64,000 bases of DNA from positions 22,318 to 86,317 of the IMG/VR virus record IMGVR_UViG_3300025785_001261. One strand, written 5' to 3'. Each line of letters begins with the position of its first letter. Within the stretch, counting starts at the first letter, position 1. This document shows, in pieces, positions 1 to 9,120 of this stretch. The position numbers and the translations under genes were made by a program. The stretch comes from a virus. The notes beneath the pieces were generated by a model. The model did not search any database, was not told the DNA's origin, and saw only the letters and a program-made list of their open reading frames with translations.

Positions 1-1
1 C

Positions 2-109
2 TTTCCAGATCTGGCCATGAGTGTGGCCCTGGGCCAGGTGCCACAGCCCGAAACCTATTGGTTTGCTACCGAACAGGATGCGCTCATGTTTCGTTTGAGG
101 TTTGCATGA
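2..109 (+). CDS. Partial small hypothetical protein (5' end outside window), ends ...WFATEQDALMFRLRFA
   Basis: Open frame from nt 2 to TGA 107-109, overlapping the next ATG (ATGA); shares the C-terminal FxL[KR][WFY] motif with neighbours. Confidence 0.65.
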   Translation, partial: FPDLAMSVALGQVPQPETYWFATEQDALMFRLRFA

Positions 110-339
110 TACAGTTCAAGGCCTGGCCGCCACCTACCTGGACTGAATGCGTAGTGCCTTGGGACTGGATCCTGGGAAATAAACACTTGCATCCAGATGC
201 TCTATATGAATGGTGTGATAAGTACACAAGTTCAGCACGTTATCATGTACATGGATGGCGTAGCACTGAAGGATTTGCATTCCGTTTTGAAGATCCTCGA
301 GACGCTACTGTTTTCAAATTGACCTGGGCCTGTTTATGA
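106..339 (+). CDS. Small hypothetical protein (FxL[KR][WFY]-type C-terminus)
   Basis: ATG 106 coupled to upstream stop; ends FRFEDPRDATVFKLTWACL. Confidence 0.75.
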   Translation: MIQFKAWPPPTWTECVVPWDWILGNKHLHPDALYEWCDKYTSSARYHVHGWRSTEGFAFRFEDPRDATVFKLTWACL

Positions 340-608
340 ACTACTACTACGAACTAGACGAACGAACCGAAAAGGCCTTTAACGAGAACTGGCGCTACTG
401 GTGCTTGTTTAACTGTAGCCCGGCTGACCAAGGTCACATGCCGTTCCATATACATGATGAATTCTTGGCCAATTCCAAGCGGGCCTGGTTGGAAAATGCC
501 AATGGTGTGTACCAAGTACACCCGGCCTGGCATGGACATAGACCTGTAAATCCACATGAGTTTACCCTGATCAAATTGAAATCAAAGACCATCCGGTATG
601 AAAAATGA
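336..608 (+). CDS. Small hypothetical protein
   Basis: 90 aa, ATGA-coupled in the tandem small-gene array. Confidence 0.7.
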   Translation: MNYYYELDERTEKAFNENWRYWCLFNCSPADQGHMPFHIHDEFLANSKRAWLENANGVYQVHPAWHGHRPVNPHEFTLIKLKSKTIRYEK

Positions 609-870
609 ATACTATAAAGACTCCGCGGCCCGCCTGGACACTATCATAGGCGGTGATACCCAGCACTTTTTACGCCTGCAACGGGTCAAGAATGAGTGGG
701 ACGACCTGGCACGTGAAGTGCCCATTGGACAAGGATTCCTGACCTTTGACGACTATGTGCGCGAATACTACGGAGTCAAGTTGCAGTATGATGGTGACAA
801 TGTTAGCCTGGCCTATTCGGTAGTGGATGAAAAAAAGCATCTCATGTTCTTGTTAAAATTCAACCTGTGA
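598..870 (+). CDS. Small hypothetical protein (ends VVDEKKHLMFLLKFNL)
   Basis: 90 aa ORF in the overlapping array; shared C-terminal motif. Confidence 0.75.
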   Translation: MKNEYYKDSAARLDTIIGGDTQHFLRLQRVKNEWDDLAREVPIGQGFLTFDDYVREYYGVKLQYDGDNVSLAYSVVDEKKHLMFLLKFNL

Positions 871-1169
871 AGGTCACGGTCAAACACAACTTGATTGTAT
901 TTCACAACCCATATGAATGGTATCCGTTGGCCGAGCGTCTGAGGAACGAATATGGGCAGAGTATCATGTTGATTTCGGCCCGTTGCCGTCGAGAACTGGG
1001 ATTTACTGTGCGTTATCATAAGGGCTTGGCCGAACATGACAAAGACACATGGGAAGTGATGAAAAGCGAAGGATTCCACAATCGTTACCATTATGAGGAT
1101 CAAGTACACCTAGACTTCTATAATCAAGCTCAAATGAGCTGGTTCGTGCTTAAATACCTAAATAACTAA
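867..1169 (+). CDS. Small hypothetical protein (ends LDFYNQAQMSWFVLKYLNN)
   Basis: GTGA-coupled start, 100 aa, shared C-terminal motif. Confidence 0.75.
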   Translation: MKVTVKHNLIVFHNPYEWYPLAERLRNEYGQSIMLISARCRRELGFTVRYHKGLAEHDKDTWEVMKSEGFHNRYHYEDQVHLDFYNQAQMSWFVLKYLNN

Positions 1170-1173
1170 GCGG

Positions 1174-1202
1174 TTGACCAATAATGCCATTTCATGTATA
1201 AT
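1174..1202 (+). promoter_or_regulatory. Sigma70-type promoter TTGACC-N17-TATAAT
   Basis: Near-consensus -35/-10 with 17-nt spacer in the intergenic gap before ATG 1231; AAGGA RBS follows. Confidence 0.75.
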
Positions 1203-1230
1203 AGTAGTATAGTTAATAATAAGGACAGGT

Positions 1231-2520
1231 ATGAGCACAGCCACTACAGCTAATAAAAAAGAGTCGGACAAGTTCAAGAATCTGTTGGGTCCTACAGATG
1301 CCAAACTGGATCGCGAAGTACGTGAGCAGTTGATCACAGCACGTGTGGGCCTCTTGCTCCGTGCACCGTTTTTTGGTAATCTTTCAACTCGTTTGAAGTT
1401 GGTCAATGCGGACGAATGGTGTCCTACTGCCGCCACCGACGGGCGTAATTTTTACTACAATAGTCGCTTCGTGGACATGCTCAAACCCAAAGAAGTCGAA
1501 TTCTTGTTTGGACATGAGGTACTTCACTGTGTGTATGATCACTTTGGACGTAGAGGTGATAGAGATCCTCAGCTGTTCAACATTGCCAATGACTACTGTG
1601 TCAACGGTGACTTGAAAAAACACCGTGTGGGCGAATTTATCACCAGTGTTCCTTGTTTATACGATGCCAAGTACGAAGGCATGAGCTCAGAAGAGATCTA
1701 CGACATCCTGTACGAAAATGCTGAAAAGATTGACATGAGTCAGTTGATCGATAAACTGTTGGATGAACACTTGGACGGCGAAGGCAACGGTGAAGGATCC
1801 GGTGAGGAAGGCGATGATGCCAAAAATGGCAAAGGTCGCCCCCGGTACAGCGCCGAAGAAAAACAAAAGATCCGTGACGAAATCAAAGAAGCGGTACTGG
1901 CAGCAGCTGCCGCTAGTGACGGTGCAGGTAACTTGCCAGCAGGGGTCAAGCGCATCATTGAAGACATGACTGCACCCAAGATGAACTGGCGTGAGCTATT
2001 GCGCATGCAGTTGGAATCCACAATCAAAAGTGACTATACTTGGATGCGCAACAGTCGTAGAGGCTGGCACATGGACGCGGTCATGCCGGGCATGAAGCTG
2101 GATCCCATGATTGATATTGCCATCAGCATTGATGCTTCTGGATCCATGCAGGATCGAATGCTCAAGGACTTCCTAGCCGAAGTGGCCGGTATCATGGAAC
2201 AGTTTCCCAACTATCGTATCCATGTGCTGTCGTTTGATACCGAAGTATATAATCCACAGCAGTTTGACAGTGAGAATCTGGATGACATCACTGGCTATGA
2301 GATCATGGGCGGCGGAGGTACCGACTTTGATTCGGTATTCAACTACTTCAAAGATAACGAAATTGAACCCAAACGTCATATCATGTTTACCGACGGTTAT
2401 CCCAATGGTTCATGGGGCGATGAGCAGTACTGCGATACTGTGTTTATCATGCATGGAACCACTTCGATCGTTCCACCATTTGGACAGTATGCCTACTATG
2501 AAGAAGAGAGTCGGCACTGA
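1231..2520 (+). CDS. Metallopeptidase-like (HEXXH) plus C-terminal vWA domain protein (DUF2201-like)
   Basis: TAATDG motif, HEVLH, acidic/Gly linker, MIDAS DASGS, GGGGTDF, FTDG. Confidence 0.88.
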   Translation: MSTATTANKKESDKFKNLLGPTDAKLDREVREQLITARVGLLLRAPFFGNLSTRLKLVNADEWCPTAATDGRNFYYNSRFVDMLKPKEVEFLFGHEVLHCVYDHFGRRGDRDPQLFNIANDYCVNGDLKKHRVGEFITSVPCLYDAKYEGMSSEEIYDILYENAEKIDMSQLIDKLLDEHLDGEGNGEGSGEEGDDAKNGKGRPRYSAEEKQKIRDEIKEAVLAAAAASDGAGNLPAGVKRIIEDMTAPKMNWRELLRMQLESTIKSDYTWMRNSRRGWHMDAVMPGMKLDPMIDIAISIDASGSMQDRMLKDFLAEVAGIMEQFPNYRIHVLSFDTEVYNPQQFDSENLDDITGYEIMGGGGTDFDSVFNYFKDNEIEPKRHIMFTDGYPNGSWGDEQYCDTVFIMHGTTSIVPPFGQYAYYEEESRH

Positions 2521-2551
2521 TATTGATTCACTGTGCCGGAATAATCTGCCG

Positions 2552-2559
2552 TATAAATA
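2552..2559 (+). promoter_or_regulatory. T4-type late promoter TATAAATA
   Basis: Exact T4 gp55 consensus in the intergenic gap upstream of the oxygenase and groES genes. Confidence 0.65.
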
Positions 2560-2586
2560 GCCTTGTATACTCTTTCAGGAAAATTT

Positions 2587-3354
2587 ATGTCAATAATCGG
2601 TGAAAATAATAACGAACTTTTCAAAGATGAAACCATTGGGTTTCAAGATGAAGCAATAAAAACGGCCAAAGGTTATCATTTTGATAACAACCAATGGGAT
2701 CATAGATATGATACAGCAACAGTCTTGGGCCGATTTGAAGGCGATTGGAAAGATGAAGTGGCCGACTTGGTGGCCAAATCAAAACCACTGACCTTTCATA
2801 CAAGAGGCGACGAGGATTATGTAGAATATAATCCACCCAGACCGTTTACAACAAAAAAACAAGGACCATTCAAAGATGCAGAGTCTGAATGGTTCAAACG
2901 GGTAGGATTTGGCGAGGGTTACTACAACTACGATATAATCAATAAGACAAACCCACAAGCTAGTAGCACTGTTCAAAAAATGGTCGATCGTTTTTGTTTT
3001 GAAACTCCTATTGCGTCCACAGTGCATGTGCAACTGACCGGCCAGTGTTTTCCTTGGCACGTAGATATATTCCAACATCGATATAATTTTAAAAAAGCTG
3101 ATCACTCTCGACTCATACGCATACATGTCATGCTGACCGATTGGCAACCTGGTCACTGGTTTGGATACGGTAACTACACCTATACCGGATGGAAAGCCGG
3201 CGATTTTCACACGTTCAACGTGGACAATGTACCACACTACACAGCCAATGCATCCTATCATCCACGAGTGAGTCTCATGGTTACCGGTGTACGTACAGAG
3301 GCCACTGATAAATTTTTGTGGGAAGCCATACAAAACAAAACAGTTAAATTATAA
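2587..3354 (+). CDS. 2OG-Fe(II) oxygenase / Asp-Asn beta-hydroxylase-like protein
   Basis: PWHVD (HxD), distal VPHYTAN His and PRVSLMVTG Arg; ATG 2587 follows CAGGA. Confidence 0.7.
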   Translation: MSIIGENNNELFKDETIGFQDEAIKTAKGYHFDNNQWDHRYDTATVLGRFEGDWKDEVADLVAKSKPLTFHTRGDEDYVEYNPPRPFTTKKQGPFKDAESEWFKRVGFGEGYYNYDIINKTNPQASSTVQKMVDRFCFETPIASTVHVQLTGQCFPWHVDIFQHRYNFKKADHSRLIRIHVMLTDWQPGHWFGYGNYTYTGWKAGDFHTFNVDNVPHYTANASYHPRVSLMVTGVRTEATDKFLWEAIQNKTVKL

Positions 3355-3368
3355 AGAGAAATTATCAC

Positions 3369-3659
3369 ATGAATCATGTAACAACCTTAGATCGAGTAGT
3401 GGTCATTAGAGACGACAAAGAAACAACAACTTCATCGGGTCTTATTATTCCGGATCTAGATCCCTTGGTACGTACTGATACCGGATTGGTAGTAGCAGTT
3501 GGTCCTGGCAGAACTACCAAGAACAACGTGGTCATAGAGGTGGCAGTGGCAGTGGGTGATCGAGTCATGTTTGATTCTGGTGCCGGCATCAATGTAAGAA
3601 CCAATGGCGAAGATCTCGTTGTACTCAAAGAAGACGAAATCATTGGAGTGGTTGAATAA
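3369..3659 (+). CDS. groES: Co-chaperonin GroES (Cpn10)
   Basis: DRVVV...TTSSGLIIP...GLVVAVGPG...VGDRVMF...LKEDEIIGVVE. Confidence 0.93.
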   Translation: MNHVTTLDRVVVIRDDKETTTSSGLIIPDLDPLVRTDTGLVVAVGPGRTTKNNVVIEVAVAVGDRVMFDSGAGINVRTNGEDLVVLKEDEIIGVVE

Positions 3660-3784
3660 TGTTGACCTTTGTTACCATTATGGTGGGGATCTTAAAGATA
3701 GCCTGTGCAGTGGCCTTGGTGGCCACAGTGGCTGCCATAGTTGGCATAGCAGTTAGAGAAAATGAAAGGAACAATCATGAATAA
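3659..3784 (+). CDS. 41-aa single-TM membrane peptide (not in ORF track)
   Basis: TAATG coupling to groES; MLTFVTIMVGILKIACAVALVATVAAIVGIAVRENERNNHE. Confidence 0.55.
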   Translation: MLTFVTIMVGILKIACAVALVATVAAIVGIAVRENERNNHE

Positions 3785-3944
3785 ATTTAGACAGTGGTAC
3801 TGGCAAAACGCCACAGAAATCACCTGGTTCTTGACCGGTTGGTTGAGCCTGTGCCTGCTAGAGGATCTTGGTCGCAACAATTGGCTAGGCGTGGTATGGG
3901 ACACAGCCTTGATAGCTTTGAATTTGGCAGTAAACCGTCGCTGA
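3777..3944 (+). CDS. Small membrane protein (two hydrophobic segments)
   Basis: GAAAGGA RBS before ATG 3777; Trp-rich hydrophobic 55 aa. Confidence 0.65.
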   Translation: MNKFRQWYWQNATEITWFLTGWLSLCLLEDLGRNNWLGVVWDTALIALNLAVNRR

Positions 3945-3962
3945 TACCAGATCAATTTAGCC

Positions 3963-3994
3963 AAAATACCCCTAAATGGGGTGTTTTTATTTTG
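3963..3994 (+). terminator. Rho-independent terminator
   Basis: AAAATACCCC-TAAAT-GGGGTGTTTT hairpin followed by a T-rich tract. Confidence 0.75.
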
Positions 3995-4024
3995 ACCGCT
4001 CTATAATCACAGTTAAATATCTGC

Positions 4025-4255
4025 ATGGATAATACAACTCAACCCCAATCAATCACAATAGCCGATCTTGATGTCGTCAAGAAAATTATCGAACTCGCTG
4101 CTGCACGTGGAGCATTCCGTGCTGAAGAGATGACCGACGTGGGTGCCATGTACGACAAACTGTCTGCGTTTTTACAAGCAGTGGTAACACAGGCACAACA
4201 AGCAGAAACAACAACTGATACAACAGCGCCAGCTGATCAATCTCAAGGAGAATAA
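4025..4255 (+). CDS. Hypothetical phage protein (DL..VKKIIE..RGAF..E...VG..YDKL)
   Basis: 76 aa helical ORF; TAAATA 5 nt upstream of ATG. Confidence 0.8.
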   Translation: MDNTTQPQSITIADLDVVKKIIELAAARGAFRAEEMTDVGAMYDKLSAFLQAVVTQAQQAETTTDTTAPADQSQGE

Positions 4256-4256
4256 C

Positions 4257-4988
4257 ATGGCATTTATCAAACACGTAGGCAAGCAAGGAGATCGCAAGGT
4301 CAACATCCTGTTTAGAGAAGTTCCAGGAGAAGAGCACATGTGTTTGTGTATCTACCCTGAGACTTTACACGCACACTGGCAGGATGCTGTGCAAAAGGTC
4401 CTGGAAAGCGATGTAGGCCAAAGCGCAGAACAGTTTGCAGATGCATTGCATCGCAACTTCTTGCCCGACGGCCGCGCTATCCTACAGACCTTGCACGAAG
4501 AGCGCATGATCAAAAAACTGCGCACCAGTGATGTGATCGTTACGCCCAATGGTGCTGCTTCAATCCGCCTGGATGAACTCAACAAGATGTTGAATGAAAT
4601 GAAGTTAGGCGATGCCGCTGTCAAGAAGTTGGCCGAAAATGATGCCAGCCGTGGTCTAGTAGATCCACAGGTCAAGCGCAAGGCCGAAGCAGAATTCAAA
4701 GCCAGCCAAGCAGCCAAATCACAACCTGTACAGACACTACAAGCACCTGCCGAAGGTGCCTTGAGTGATCGTGACATCGCGGCCAACATGGTATTCCAGG
4801 CCAAGAAGATGGAACAAGAAGCCAAGGCCATGATTGCCGAAGCTGCACGCATGAAGAAAGATGCACAACGCATGGACCCCAAAGTAGTGGCTCGCGAAGC
4901 CACGATTGAGCAACCAGCAGACACAGCCGCACCAAAACGCGGTCGTCCTGCACGAGCCAAGACTGCGGTGGCCAATGCAGATCATTGA
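4257..4988 (+). CDS. Hypothetical protein with coiled-coil C-terminus and basic PKRGRP tail
   Basis: 243 aa, AAGGAG RBS; AT-hook-like RGRP near the end. Confidence 0.8.
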   Translation: MAFIKHVGKQGDRKVNILFREVPGEEHMCLCIYPETLHAHWQDAVQKVLESDVGQSAEQFADALHRNFLPDGRAILQTLHEERMIKKLRTSDVIVTPNGAASIRLDELNKMLNEMKLGDAAVKKLAENDASRGLVDPQVKRKAEAEFKASQAAKSQPVQTLQAPAEGALSDRDIAANMVFQAKKMEQEAKAMIAEAARMKKDAQRMDPKVVAREATIEQPADTAAPKRGRPARAKTAVANADH

Positions 4989-5277
4989 TACTTTTTTGGA
5001 TCAGTGGGAAAACATAATTGATGGTGTAAACAAAACAGACGTTCCCCTGGAATGTATCAAAAAGGTTGTAGTCAAACTGGCTGGCGGACGTCAAAAGACC
5101 ATCAATGTGCATGCGCTGTTGAAGCAGGGACTGGAGCTGGAAGAAATAGAAACCATGCTCACTAGATTTTTTACCGAGCGTGACAGCGAAATCAGAGATG
5201 TTGACTTCGTAGTAGATATTTCAGCAGTGGCTGACCTGGTCCAACCCGAAACTGACAAGTTATTAGGCAAACTCTAG
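4975..5277 (+). CDS. Hypothetical protein
   Basis: Likely start ATG 4975 (MQIIDTFLDQWE), overlapping the upstream gene end. Confidence 0.75.
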   Translation: MQIIDTFLDQWENIIDGVNKTDVPLECIKKVVVKLAGGRQKTINVHALLKQGLELEEIETMLTRFFTERDSEIRDVDFVVDISAVADLVQPETDKLLGKL

Positions 5278-5298
5278 ATCGCAAGGTCCGGAGTTTTT

Positions 5299-5307
5299 TG
5301 CTATAAT
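5299..5307 (+). promoter_or_regulatory. Extended -10 promoter (TGcTATAAT), probably leaderless transcript
   Basis: TATAAT 5302-5307 lies 5 nt before ATG 5313; no SD. Confidence 0.55.
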
Positions 5308-5312
5308 TAGCT

Positions 5313-5555
5313 ATGCCAAAGACTGTCTTGCACACATTTACCATGTCGGATGTTGACGATCCATACTTATACGCGGCTTTTCCCTTGTCAGAGTGGCAAA
5401 AGACCGAACACGGCCGGTGGGTAATGGAGCATGCCATTGGTGAACCAACCTTTTATTGTAATGCAGATGCCAACACTTACGGATTCCGGGTGGAAGTGAT
5501 AGGTGATTTGACCGAACAGGATTTGACCTATTTCAAACTAAGGTGGAGCCGATGA
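5313..5555 (+). CDS. Small hypothetical protein (ends LTEQDLTYFKLRWSR)
   Basis: 80 aa; shared FxL[KR]W C-terminal motif. Confidence 0.75.
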   Translation: MPKTVLHTFTMSDVDDPYLYAAFPLSEWQKTEHGRWVMEHAIGEPTFYCNADANTYGFRVEVIGDLTEQDLTYFKLRWSR

Positions 5556-6523
5556 AGGCATTGGTAACAGGTGGATTAGGTTTTATTGGACACTATGTAG
5601 TGGCCATGTTAGAAGCAGTAGGCTACGAAGTGGCCATCATTGATTCAATGACCACTTACGGTATCATACCCATTGGGGAACTTACACCCTTGTTGTCGGA
5701 ACGCATGGCACAGTTTAGTACTAGAGATATTACCATAGCTGACATCAGTGAACCGTTTGATCACAGCATACTTGACGGTGTAGATGTAGTCATACACTTG
5801 GCCAGCTTTCCGCGGCAAAAAGTAGTGAATCACAATCCACAGGCCGGTTCCAGAGTCATGAGTGAAGGCCTGCTGAATCTCTTAGAGCTCAGTGTCAAGC
5901 ATCAGGTTAAAAAGTTTGTGTATGTGAGCTCCAGTATGGTTTATGGCGATTTCAACAAGACCTATTTTGATGGTATAAACGAAAGTGACGACTGTAGACC
6001 CATGGGTCAGTACGGCATCATGAAGCTGGCCGGCGAGTGGTTAGTGCAGGATTATACACGCCGTACTGGCATGAGCCATGTGATTGTAAGACCCAGTGCT
6101 GTGTATGGTCCTAGAGATGTGGAAGATCGTGTGGTTAGTCGTTTCCTGATAACAGCCATGCAGGGTGGTGAAATACAGGTCAACGGTGGCAATGAGAGCC
6201 TGGACTTTACCTATGTAACTGACTGTGCCGCCGGCATAGTAGTGGCCGCAGTCAAAACAACCATTGAAAATCGCACTTACAATCTCAGCAGAGGACATGC
6301 CAGAACCTTGAGCGAAGCGGCCCAGGTAGCTGTGACCACAGCCGGCGCTGGAACTATTCGCCTGAATGATCCTGATGGTGCTTATCCCAGTCGCGGACAA
6401 TTAAATACACTTAATGCTCAACAGGATCTTGGGTTTGCTCCCGAAGTCGACATTGAACAAGGTTTCAAGGACTATTATGAATGGCTTAAGAATTCCATTT
6501 ACGGGATTAAAAAAGCAGTATAA
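5552..6523 (+). CDS. NAD-dependent nucleotide-sugar epimerase/dehydratase (extended SDR)
   Basis: TGGLGFIG Rossmann motif, SSSMVYG, YGIMK (YxxxK), VYGP, DFTYV; ATGA-coupled start with GGAG RBS. Confidence 0.93.
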   Translation: MKALVTGGLGFIGHYVVAMLEAVGYEVAIIDSMTTYGIIPIGELTPLLSERMAQFSTRDITIADISEPFDHSILDGVDVVIHLASFPRQKVVNHNPQAGSRVMSEGLLNLLELSVKHQVKKFVYVSSSMVYGDFNKTYFDGINESDDCRPMGQYGIMKLAGEWLVQDYTRRTGMSHVIVRPSAVYGPRDVEDRVVSRFLITAMQGGEIQVNGGNESLDFTYVTDCAAGIVVAAVKTTIENRTYNLSRGHARTLSEAAQVAVTTAGAGTIRLNDPDGAYPSRGQLNTLNAQQDLGFAPEVDIEQGFKDYYEWLKNSIYGIKKAV

Positions 6524-7562
6524 CAATCTACGTAGCGAAATCTTGGATGTCACAGATGAAGTGCTACGTTCGGGTCAACTCATGGGCGGTAACTACACCG
6601 CTGAGTTTGAAAACTGGTTGGCCCGTAAGAATCATTCAAAGTATGCTGTGACCTGTCACTCGGGTAGTCAGGCCTTGGAAATCATTGCCGAATACTATCG
6701 CTTACAAAGCAGTGTACGTCCGCCTAGAGTAGTCTTACCCAGTATGACCTATGTGGCCACAGCCAATGCATTCATGCGTGCTGGTTGGGACCTATGGATT
6801 TGCGACACCGATGCCAATGGCATACTAAACAAAGACAAGGTACCACAGGATCTTAGCATACAGGCCACTGTGTTGGTTGGCCTATACGGTGCTGCGGTCA
6901 ATGCCGATCGCTTCTGGGGCACTGACCTTGTGATTGAAGATGGTGCACAGCACTGGCTCAGTAACAAGTGCAACAGAGTAGGCAATGCCACAGCTATCAG
7001 CTTTGATCCCATGAAGAATCTCAATGCCTACGGCAATGGCGGTGCTGTAGTAACCGATGACATAGATCTGTTGGAATATGCTAGAGAATGGATCAACAAT
7101 GGCAAACCTCGTCATACCAATATAGGCACCAACAGTCGAATGAGTGAAGTAGACTGCGCACAGATGATGATCAAGACCCAACACATTGATGCCTGGCAAG
7201 AACGGCGCAGAAACATCTGCCTGTACTGGTTAGGACGCTTGAAAAATACCGGCATCCGTAGCTTGATCACCGCACAGAATTTTGAAACACACGCTTACCA
7301 CAAGTTTGTGATTGACGTGGATTCGCGTGATATCCTAGCAAGAAATTTAGAAATCAAAGGCATTGAAACTCGTGTACACTACCGCGAGCCCTTGCATGAG
7401 CTGACTGCTTATGCAGACTATCACGGACCTGATATTCTCAGTGTGGCAAGCAGTCTAAGCCGACGTGTACTGAGCCTTCCACTGTATCCTGAACTAAGTG
7501 ACTTGGAAGTAGAATATATTATTGATTCGGTACTAGATTGCGCTTTATCAGTGCGTAGCTAG
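6477..7562 (+). CDS. DegT/DnrJ/EryC1/StrS family PLP-dependent sugar aminotransferase
   Basis: SGSQAL, TYVATANA, IEDGAQ, SFDPMKNL (PLP Lys), GNGGA, NSRM, LSLPLYP. Confidence 0.93.
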   Translation: MNGLRIPFTGLKKQYNNLRSEILDVTDEVLRSGQLMGGNYTAEFENWLARKNHSKYAVTCHSGSQALEIIAEYYRLQSSVRPPRVVLPSMTYVATANAFMRAGWDLWICDTDANGILNKDKVPQDLSIQATVLVGLYGAAVNADRFWGTDLVIEDGAQHWLSNKCNRVGNATAISFDPMKNLNAYGNGGAVVTDDIDLLEYAREWINNGKPRHTNIGTNSRMSEVDCAQMMIKTQHIDAWQERRRNICLYWLGRLKNTGIRSLITAQNFETHAYHKFVIDVDSRDILARNLEIKGIETRVHYREPLHELTAYADYHGPDILSVASSLSRRVLSLPLYPELSDLEVEYIIDSVLDCALSVRS

Positions 7563-9120
7563 ACAACCAAGCCCAGTCATAACTTTTTTTCAAGGCATCA
7601 AAATCACCGCCAACAGCATCGTAGTATTCCACAGCATCTTCTGCACCGCACACACTCCATTCACTGTTTTTTACCGCTCCAGAATCAGTAAGCCACTCAC
7701 GTAACCGCGATTCATTTTCTATATCGGGCAGACTAGCTTTTAATTTCAACACTTCACGGAATGCTGTACGCCAGGTCATCCAGGGTGTGTCATTGTAGTA
7801 GGCTGTTCCGCTCAGGATCGGCACCACTTCGTGTGCATCATCTAGAGTAAAGTCTAGTCCCACACCGGGGTTGGCCAAGACCAAACGACGATTGTAAGCA
7901 ATCATGGCCTGATGACCATAGGTTAGACCGTTGATGGGATTGCGTGCATGGAAGATATAGTGCTTGGGTTCCTGCAATCTATCAGGTTGCCAGGTCCAGT
8001 CAAATGTACCTTCTACACGCAACTTGGCAAATACAGCAAAAAACCAAGGTGTGGTGCTGAGCCTGGCAGCTGCTTGATAGGCTGCCACACGTCCTGTGAC
8101 TCCTGAGCTACGATGTATACGATTGTTGCTGTTTTGAGTAGTTACATTTAGAAATGCCCAGTTCTGATCAGCACCTGGTTCACCGTTGTCAATAAACACA
8201 ATGTCTAGTGGTGGTTCCTGTCCACGTGCATAGCTCTTGTCAATGTAAGGATAATCGTAAATCTGCCGACGTAGATGCGTTTTGGCTTCTCTAGGTACTA
8301 CTGTAACTCCAGCACCACGTGTGAGTGGCACCACAGTTTTAGTACGTTCTTGCCACAAGCTCACTGTGGGTTCAAACACAGTACTACCACCGGTGCTGAA
8401 CATGACCAATGGTGTGACAAACTCGTGCTCCTGTATAGCGGCCACATGAGTATCGTGTGCATGTTCAACCACTGGCATGGGCTTACGTGGTACCATGATA
8501 TTCTCTACGAAGTTAAGTCCATCATACCATTCCAGTAACTTGATGTCTTGGCTACGTTCTAAGAATGTGGGTACATGTACATAAAAGGTGTCACCAAACC
8601 TTTGTCGATCAGATGCAAACACATGTAGCATGCTCTGTTGCCATTCGCTGGGATGCCAAGTAAAGTTGAAATAGGTATAGTCGCATACACTACTAACTAC
8701 CCAGGCATACTCTGACGAAGTCTTGCTCAACAGGCGACGTAGAGTTCCTAAATAGTCGCTTACATAGCGTACTGTGTGCTCACAGGCCACATCAACACCT
8801 TCGCCGTGGTCTATGCCTAGTACTGCGACAGATTCCTTGCGTTTCAGTATTGGATGGTTGTAATTGGTATCGGTATAACCAGCTGTGGGAACCAGTTCGG
8901 TGCCACCATTCTGCTGGTGTTGGCTGGGCCATACATGTCGTTGATGACTCTCCCAGGGCACAGGTTCCCATAAAAAATCAAAGCCCCGATAGTCAGTTAA
9001 ATAGTTGACCCACCAAAAGTATCTAGTACGACTCAATTCCTTAGCCTGATCCAGATCACGAGCCCATCGCTCGTGAGCAAACAAGTTGGGTTTGGGTCCG
9101 GAATAAAATATATCAAACAT
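7519..9120 (-). CDS. Glycosyltransferase-like protein with internally repeated GT-A-like units
   Basis: C-terminal domain aligns with 23913..24848 (ARNPINGLTYG, WRTAFRE..KL); lacks DxD. Confidence 0.65.
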   Translation of the reverse strand: MFDIFYSGPKPNLFAHERWARDLDQAKELSRTRYFWWVNYLTDYRGFDFLWEPVPWESHQRHVWPSQHQQNGGTELVPTAGYTDTNYNHPILKRKESVAVLGIDHGEGVDVACEHTVRYVSDYLGTLRRLLSKTSSEYAWVVSSVCDYTYFNFTWHPSEWQQSMLHVFASDRQRFGDTFYVHVPTFLERSQDIKLLEWYDGLNFVENIMVPRKPMPVVEHAHDTHVAAIQEHEFVTPLVMFSTGGSTVFEPTVSLWQERTKTVVPLTRGAGVTVVPREAKTHLRRQIYDYPYIDKSYARGQEPPLDIVFIDNGEPGADQNWAFLNVTTQNSNNRIHRSSGVTGRVAAYQAAARLSTTPWFFAVFAKLRVEGTFDWTWQPDRLQEPKHYIFHARNPINGLTYGHQAMIAYNRRLVLANPGVGLDFTLDDAHEVVPILSGTAYYNDTPWMTWRTAFREVLKLKASLPDIENESRLREWLTDSGAVKNSEWSVCGAEDAVEYYDAVGGDFDALKKSYDWAWLSSYALIKRNLVPNQ

